From Breznakia sp. PF5-3 (GTDB taxonomy: Bacteria > Bacillota_I > Bacilli_A > Erysipelotrichales > Erysipelotrichaceae): 32,000 bases of DNA. Made by a program: the position numbers and the translations under genes. Each line of letters opens with the position of its first letter. The stretch's first letter is position 1. Shown piece by piece: positions 27,610 through 32,000 of this stretch. The notes under the pieces were generated by a model. The model made no database searches. It saw only the letters and a program-made list of their open reading frames with translations, and was not told the DNA's origin. Where the stretch lies: NCBI RefSeq assembly GCF_029504745.1, contig NZ_JAQFIQ010000018.1, positions 12,722 to 44,721 of the forward strand. Reading direction: 5' to 3'.

Positions 27610-27966
27610 ATGAAAATAGTATATGCATCAAGAACAGGAAATATTGACTTGTTTATTGATAAATTAGGTATTCCTAATACCATGAAAATAGAAGGGGACC
27701 AGCCAATCAACGAAGACTTCATCTTACTTACATACACTGATGGTTATGGAGAATTACCATATGAAGTAGAGTCATTCCTTACAAATAACAAAAACCACAT
27801 AAAAGGCGTTATTGGAAGTGGTGATAGTAGTTATGGTGAGGAAGTGTTTGCCAAAGCAGCCGATGTTGTCGCTGAAAATTATGGCGTTGATTGTCTTTAC
27901 AAGTTTGAAAATGATGGAACCTATGAAGACGTTGAAAAAGTGAAAAATATTTTAAATGCTATATAA
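27610..27966 (+). CDS. nrdI: class Ib ribonucleotide reductase flavodoxin-like protein NrdI
   Basis: MKIVYASRTGN...GVIGSGDSSYGEEVFAKAADVVAENYGVDCLYKFENDGTYEDVEKV aligns motif-for-motif with NrdI as I remember it. AAGGAGG SD upstream. Confidence 0.8.
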   Translation: MKIVYASRTGNIDLFIDKLGIPNTMKIEGDQPINEDFILLTYTDGYGELPYEVESFLTNNKNHIKGVIGSGDSSYGEEVFAKAADVVAENYGVDCLYKFENDGTYEDVEKVKNILNAI

Positions 27967-28013
27967 TGAAAAACAAACTGATGAAATCATCTATATAGAT
28001 GATACAAATCATG

Positions 28014-28042
28014 AAAAAAGAAGCTTTTTATTGCTTCTTTTT
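28014..28042. terminator. bidirectional terminator between nrdI and the small minus-strand genes
   Basis: Stem aaagaagc/gcttcttt with an 8-nt loop and flanking A and T runs. Confidence 0.55.
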
Positions 28043-28075
28043 AACTGTCATAGTATTTAATCGTAGTGCCTTTTA

Positions 28076-28285
28076 CTAAAATCCTATCTCTTCAAGAAAT
28101 CCTTGGTATTCATTATCTTCAAATTGAATTCGCTCGTCATCCTTTTCTTCAAGATGTGTTGTCACTACTTTTTTAATTGCATGTTTATCAATATTTTGTT
28201 CAACGATATTTGATACAATTCCTAATACTACTAAAATACTACATACAATAATAATTCCCTTTTTACTTGTTTTTTTATTTTCCAT
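28076..28285 (-). CDS. small single-pass membrane protein with an acidic C-terminal tail, function unknown
   Basis: 69 aa, MENKKTSKKGIIIVCSILVVLGIVSNIV followed by a D/E-rich tail. GGAGAAAGAGAG purine-rich SD upstream. Starts 19 nt after the upstream gene. Confidence 0.5.
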   Translation of the reverse strand: MENKKTSKKGIIIVCSILVVLGIVSNIVEQNIDKHAIKKVVTTHLEEKDDERIQFEDNEYQGFLEEIGF

Positions 28286-28304
28286 TGTTCTTCTCTCTTT
28301 CTCC

Positions 28305-28574
28305 TTAATATTTTTTGCTTTTCATAAATGGTATTTTACTTCTTAATTGATCCCCTAAAAGATCAAATAAGATATTCATAACAGCTCTCGCTTCGATTTC
28401 TTTCACATCTGTTGTATCCACAATATAACGAACAATAGCCTCTATGTGTTTCTTTGATACACTCGTAATATTCTTCTCACAATACTTTTCATATGCCTTT
28501 ACTACTACTTCACATGTGCTTTCATTAATGCTTGTTTCTTCTGCAATTGTTGCAATTACTTCTGTATGGTTCAT
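28305..28574 (-). CDS. small helical protein of unknown function with an HU-N-terminus-like helix pattern
   Basis: 89 aa with an AAAGGAGG SD. MNHTEVIATIAEETSINESTCEVVVKAY resembles the alpha1-alpha2 region of HU/IHF, but no beta-arm region follows. Confidence 0.5.
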   Translation of the reverse strand: MNHTEVIATIAEETSINESTCEVVVKAYEKYCEKNITSVSKKHIEAIVRYIVDTTDVKEIEARAVMNILFDLLGDQLRSKIPFMKSKKY

Positions 28575-28590
28575 CTTTCTTTCCTCCTTT

Positions 28591-28605
28591 ACCGACCGAC
28601 GGTCT
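28591..28605. promoter_or_regulatory. GC-rich pseudo-palindromic operator candidate, copy A, just upstream of the 89-aa gene's SD
   Basis: ACCGACCGACGGTCT, a striking GC-rich island in AT-rich DNA and a near-copy of 29298-29312. Confidence 0.6.
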
Positions 28606-28640
28606 ATTAATGGTGTTTTTTAAACTCAACATTTGTTGAG

Positions 28641-29282
28641 TTAATTTATAAAAATTTGTTTGATTTGATTTGTTACTTCTTCTTTGCGAATTATCTTTTC
28701 ATTCACTCCTAATACACGAAAGATAATATCAATAAACGATTGAAATAGCTTCTCCATGTCTTCTTTGTTTCGCATTGGGCTATCCAATAATGTTTGAATA
28801 CCAACCATTAGAAATTGAATGGATTCTAGTGGATATGCTGTATTAAATTCCTGCTGCTGTTTCCCTTCCTCTATCACTTCTGCTAGAATTGGACCAAGGT
28901 AATGCATAGATTGTTCCATTGCTCTTTGTTTCATCAGAACATTTTGTGGTTGTTGGAATTGATCAATCATATCACTTTTCCCTTCCGTACTACTTGAAGA
29001 CTGTGATAATAAGATTTGGAGCATTTTATCAAATGGACGAATATCTTTCCTATTTGCGATTTTTTTTGCAACGATCATATCTTGTTCTATAATTCTCATA
29101 ATCACAGCATCCAATACTTCTTCTTTTGAAATGAAGTAATGATAGAAAGTTCCTTTGGCAATACCAATAGCTTTTAATATATCATTGATGGTTGTTTTTT
29201 CATAACCCTTTGTAATAAATAACTTTTCAGCTGTATCCAATATTTCATTCTTTCTTTCATCATGGTGTTTTACAACTCTCAT
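28641..29282 (-). CDS. TetR/AcrR family transcriptional regulator
   Basis: HTH segment ILDTAEKLFITKGYEKTTINDILKAIGIAKGTFYHYFISKEEVL followed by a helical C-terminal domain. 213 aa. Confidence 0.85.
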   Translation of the reverse strand: MRVVKHHDERKNEILDTAEKLFITKGYEKTTINDILKAIGIAKGTFYHYFISKEEVLDAVIMRIIEQDMIVAKKIANRKDIRPFDKMLQILLSQSSSSTEGKSDMIDQFQQPQNVLMKQRAMEQSMHYLGPILAEVIEEGKQQQEFNTAYPLESIQFLMVGIQTLLDSPMRNKEDMEKLFQSFIDIIFRVLGVNEKIIRKEEVTNQIKQIFIN

Positions 29283-29297
29283 CTCTCACCTTTCTAT

Positions 29298-29312
29298 ACC
29301 GTCGGTCGGTCT
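29298..29312. promoter_or_regulatory. GC-rich pseudo-palindromic operator candidate, copy B, in the TetR gene's 5' leader
   Basis: ACCGTCGGTCGGTCT, located between the predicted -10 element and the SD of the TetR gene. Confidence 0.6.
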
Positions 29313-29324
29313 GTTTACATTCAC

Positions 29325-29353
29325 AGTATATAATATCAATGATTTGTTGTCAA
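29325..29353 (-). promoter_or_regulatory. sigma-A promoter of the TetR gene
   Basis: On the minus strand: TTGACA (29353..29348), 17 nt, then TATACT (29330..29325). Confidence 0.6.
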
Positions 29354-29377
29354 CACCTTTTTGAAATTTTTATTTTT

Positions 29378-30127
29378 TTATTTTGATAATATCCTTTTTA
29401 AGCTTGTAATATCTAGTAAATTAACGGTTTTAAAAGCTCCTTTATAAAACACTCCCCAATTATTAAATACTCCAGGAACACTTTTTGCTTTCTGTAAGCT
29501 ATCCACATACATTAGTGATAAAGGAATCTCGTTTTGTTTACAATAAGCTTCTATTTTTTCAATATATGAAAATACATAAGGGCATTGCATATCATAGTAG
29601 ATTGTTAAAGCTTGGTTATCAATTTTTTGTTGTCTTGCATGTTTAGTAAACCTTGGTGTTGTTTTATCAAACGAAAGAGCGAGTAATTCATAGCCATCTT
29701 TTGTGGCATCAACTGTTACAAACCCAAATTTCTTCGCAAAAGATTGATCGCTAAGCCAAGATTTTTGTTTCTTAGACCCTAACATACAAATCCCTGATTT
29801 CCCTTTTGCCTTTGCATCTGCTATACAGTATTCCATCAAAGCTTTTCCATACCCTTTTCCTCTACAATCACTACCATATACCCATAAACAATAAATATAA
29901 TAATAATTATCGCCTACAATGGGAACCCATGCTTTTTCAAGTGGTGCATATTCAATACATACCATAGCTTTAGCATTTAATTTTCTAAACACATGACCTT
30001 CCTTAAGTCTATCTGACAACCATTTCTTTTTAGCTTCAATACCTGGATGTATTTTTTTACTTCGAATAATACAACAAATATGCTCATTTACAAGATTTTC
30101 TTCCGTTATATTAATAAAATTATCCAT
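29378..30127 (-). CDS. GNAT N-acetyltransferase with a YoaP-like C-terminal domain
   Basis: 249 aa. The features NEHICCI, KAWVPI, CRGKGYGKALMEYC and YYDMQCPY match YoaP-type proteins as I remember them. Confidence 0.75.
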   Translation of the reverse strand: MDNFINITEENLVNEHICCIIRSKKIHPGIEAKKKWLSDRLKEGHVFRKLNAKAMVCIEYAPLEKAWVPIVGDNYYYIYCLWVYGSDCRGKGYGKALMEYCIADAKAKGKSGICMLGSKKQKSWLSDQSFAKKFGFVTVDATKDGYELLALSFDKTTPRFTKHARQQKIDNQALTIYYDMQCPYVFSYIEKIEAYCKQNEIPLSLMYVDSLQKAKSVPGVFNNWGVFYKGAFKTVNLLDITSLKRILSK

Positions 30128-30143
30128 TCTCTACACCTCTTTA

Positions 30144-31115
30144 TCATTTCTTTCTTTTTACTGGTCTAACATATTTCCAAAACCTCTCTGGATCATAATA
30201 GAAATACATTATTCTCCCTGCGCTCATATCAAAACAATATTCTGTATTCGTAAAGTCAAAAGTAGCCATTATCTTTTCAACTCTTTCTTCAATATAAACA
30301 CTTTCTTGCTCATAATCAAATGGCCCATGTTCAAAAACAAGGTATTCAGCTTCTGGAATTTCAAGCAAATCCATTTGTTTTGGAATATATCCCTTGTAAT
30401 CCTTTGGAAGTCTCGCCCCATAACACTCACTCCGTAAGAACCCCCAATCACAAAGCCTTCCATTTAGATCATTTATATAAGCCATAACTTGACCACTTCC
30501 ACCATTGACTTCACTACTACCATAATCATCTAACTTTCCTTTCATACTATCAAGCAATCCACAAATCGTTTCATAATCCTGTCCAGCTATACAATTTTGC
30601 TTTTCCCAAAAATCCCAATATCCATTACTCTCACAATTTTTAATATATACAAACTTATGAGCAGGAATCGTCACATAATAGATTTTTATATCTTCTATTG
30701 AATTTATCATACCAAGTTCTTCACTTCCTAGAAAGTAGCGATCAACCGTATTTATTTTAGTACGAAGAACAAGTGGTTTTGGATTTTTCCGATATCTACT
30801 TGGCGAAACTCCATAGGCTTTCTTAAAAGATCTAGTAAATGCTTCGTGTGAGGAAAATCCATAAGTAAAAGCAATTTCAGAAATAGACTTATCACTATCA
30901 CGAACTTCTTTTAATGCAAACGCTAATTTTCTATGTATTACATATTCTCTAAATTTCATCCCCGATATTTCTTTGAATTTTCTAGTCATATAAAATTCAG
31001 AATACCCTAGCTTATCAGAAAGCAAACGTAGTGTTAATGCTTCATTGTTATATTGTTTTATACACTCATCAATTTCATCCACAATTATTTGAATCTGTTT
31101 TTTCCATGTATACAT
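30144..31115 (-). CDS. AraC family regulator with a C-terminal effector-binding (GyrI-like) domain
   Basis: N-terminal double HTH (LSDKLGYSEFYMTRKFKEISG ... IAFTYGFSSHEAFTRSFKKAYGVSPSRYRK) followed by a C-terminal domain of about 200 aa. Confidence 0.85.
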   Translation of the reverse strand: MYTWKKQIQIIVDEIDECIKQYNNEALTLRLLSDKLGYSEFYMTRKFKEISGMKFREYVIHRKLAFALKEVRDSDKSISEIAFTYGFSSHEAFTRSFKKAYGVSPSRYRKNPKPLVLRTKINTVDRYFLGSEELGMINSIEDIKIYYVTIPAHKFVYIKNCESNGYWDFWEKQNCIAGQDYETICGLLDSMKGKLDDYGSSEVNGGSGQVMAYINDLNGRLCDWGFLRSECYGARLPKDYKGYIPKQMDLLEIPEAEYLVFEHGPFDYEQESVYIEERVEKIMATFDFTNTEYCFDMSAGRIMYFYYDPERFWKYVRPVKRKK

Positions 31116-31268
31116 AATATCACCACACCTTATACTATTATATAAAATTTATGAATAAATTACTTGATTTCACTTGCTATTCTAATCTTTCTCTTTTTAG
31201 CGTATTCAATAACTTGTTTTATTTCTTACTCGACATTGCTTTTCAAAAAGAGAGAGACTTAATTTTCA

Positions 31269-31296
31269 TTGTAATACATTTCAAAAATGATATAAT
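31269..31296 (+). promoter_or_regulatory. candidate promoter of the VOC-family gene
   Basis: TTGTAA (31269-31274), 16 nt, then TATAAT (31291-31296) preceded by a TGa extended -10 element. Confidence 0.45.
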
Positions 31297-31328
31297 CATT
31301 TCATATAGAATTTATTAAGGAGGATTTA

Positions 31329-31709
31329 ATGATGATAACTCCATATTTAACATTTAATGGGAACTGTGAAGAAGCTTTTACTTTGTATGCTGAAGCATTC
31401 GGAGGTGGCAAAACTGATTTTGTACGATTGAACAATGATCCAAACAATCCTATCATGCATGCAAGTGTTTCTTTTTCAAAATATGAAGGATGCATTATGG
31501 GTGCCGATGTAAAAGATCCTGTCGTAATTTCGGGAATGGCAATTTGTGTTGTACTACCATCACGAAAAATAATAGAAGAAATTTCTGTAAAACTTGCAAA
31601 GGGTGGTAAATTGATACAAAGCTTTACTCCACATCCTGCACCACACCAAGAAGATGGAGGCGCAGAGGTTTTGGACAAATTTGGATTTACATGGTATTTA
31701 AGCACATAG
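31329..31709 (+). CDS. VOC/glyoxalase-superfamily protein (PhnB-like)
   Basis: MMITPYLTFNGNCEEAFTLYAEAFGG is the characteristic PhnB/YjdN-type N-terminus. AAGGAGG SD at 31318-31324. The antisense ORF at 31301..31705 is judged spurious. Confidence 0.75.
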   Translation: MMITPYLTFNGNCEEAFTLYAEAFGGGKTDFVRLNNDPNNPIMHASVSFSKYEGCIMGADVKDPVVISGMAICVVLPSRKIIEEISVKLAKGGKLIQSFTPHPAPHQEDGGAEVLDKFGFTWYLST

Positions 31710-31733
31710 AAATATAAAAATGAACTTGTTAAA

Positions 31734-31765
31734 TAGCTAATCTTATAAAGATTAGCTATTTATTT
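31734..31765 (+). terminator. rho-independent terminator of the VOC gene
   Basis: Perfect 10-bp stem tagctaatct/agattagcta with loop tataa, followed by tttattt. Confidence 0.7.
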
Positions 31766-31873
31766 GTAGTATATAAAAAGGGGCTGTGACAGATAGGTGA
31801 TTTTTATCGCCTTGAAGGTTAACAGCCTTTTTTCTATGCCATTTTGGAGAAATCGTGGAAAACTGCAGCCCTT

Positions 31874-31898
31874 AAAAAGGTCGAATCCATACTTCGAC
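31874..31898 (-). terminator. terminator-like hairpin for a minus-strand gene entering from the right edge
   Basis: Stem gtcgaa/ttcgac (31880-31885 and 31893-31898) followed on the minus strand by cttttt. Confidence 0.4.
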
Positions 31899-31935
31899 TA
31901 TTTCCTTTATAATATCTTCTATCCTATGTGGAAAA

Positions 31936-32000
31936 CTAATTCACTTTTTGCTCAGATTCCATTTTTCTTACTTTTTCATTGTGATAATGTCTTATATTAT
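31936..32000 (-). CDS. possible 3' end of a minus-strand CDS whose start lies beyond the window
   Basis: The minus frame is open from the window edge (...NIRHYHNEKVRKMESEQKVN) to a TAG at 31938..31936. The minus strand is purine-rich here, like other coding strands in the window, and a hairpin with a T-run follows. It is too short to identify. Confidence 0.25.
   Translation of the reverse strand, partial: NIRHYHNEKVRKMESEQKVN

Noticed and set aside
18266-31236. A shared tactcgacat decamer, with loosely similar flanks, at 18266-18275 and 31227-31236, which might have been a second IS end.
   Set aside because: An exact 10-mer recurring somewhere in 32 kb of AT-biased sequence is expected by chance, and flanking similarity is weak.
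31879-31898. A GGTCGAATCC string resembling a tRNA T-arm (GGTTCGAATCC), which might have marked a tRNA gene or an integrase att site.
   Set aside because: No acceptor, D or anticodon arms can be drawn around it. It is better explained as one arm of the gtcgaa/ttcgac hairpin.
31836-32000. A plus-strand ORF (MPFWRNRGKLQPLKRSNPYFDYF...) that stays open to the right edge.
   Set aside because: It has no SD. The plus strand is T-rich here, whereas coding strands in this window are purine-rich. The region is full of hairpins. The opposite strand gives a more plausible, though short, C-terminal reading.

Overview
The window is AT-rich with short intergenic regions, strong AGGAGG-type Shine-Dalgarno sites and a CIRCE-controlled groES-groEL operon, so it is most likely chromosomal DNA from a low-GC Bacillota (Firmicutes) organism. 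Most genes are on the minus strand. TGA terminates five otherwise well-formed genes, so the standard bacterial code applies. From left to right the window contains: (1) a secreted vWA-domain protein translationally coupled to a TasA/camelysin-like secreted protein that is cut by the left edge and absent from the supplied ORF track; (2) groES-groEL with two tandem CIRCE operators; (3) a TetR regulator divergent from a two-gene ABC exporter; (4) two tandem GntR/HutC regulators, a GNAT and a MATE pump; (5) an eight-gene operon encoding a FrlB-like SIS deglycase, a HAD phosphatase, a FrlC-like TIM-barrel epimerase, mannose-family PTS IIA/IIB/IIC/IID and a DeoC-like aldolase; (6) a small accessory patch with a decayed IS200-type tnpA pseudogene and a second solo copy of its left end, the two bracketing an SdpR/SdpI-like regulator and immunity pair; (7) housekeeping and stress genes: a P2-type Ca2+ ATPase, a rhodanese, asnA, an AI-2E-family transporter, a GNAT, an HdeD-like protein, a YaaA-like protein and an orphan nrdI; (8) a TetR regulator with two small proteins of unknown function that share a GC-rich operator, a YoaP-like GNAT, an AraC/GyrI-like regulator and a PhnB-like VOC protein. 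I found no CRISPR array, tRNA or rRNA gene, intact transposase or recognisable defence-system hallmark. No unambiguous novel system is visible. The best candidates for follow-up are the vWA plus TasA-like locus, the PTS-linked frl-like pathway with unexplained extra enzymes, the IS200-end-bracketed SdpRI-like module, and the TetR-controlled pair of small proteins. All family assignments rest on motifs read from the translations and on memory of those families. No database search was run.
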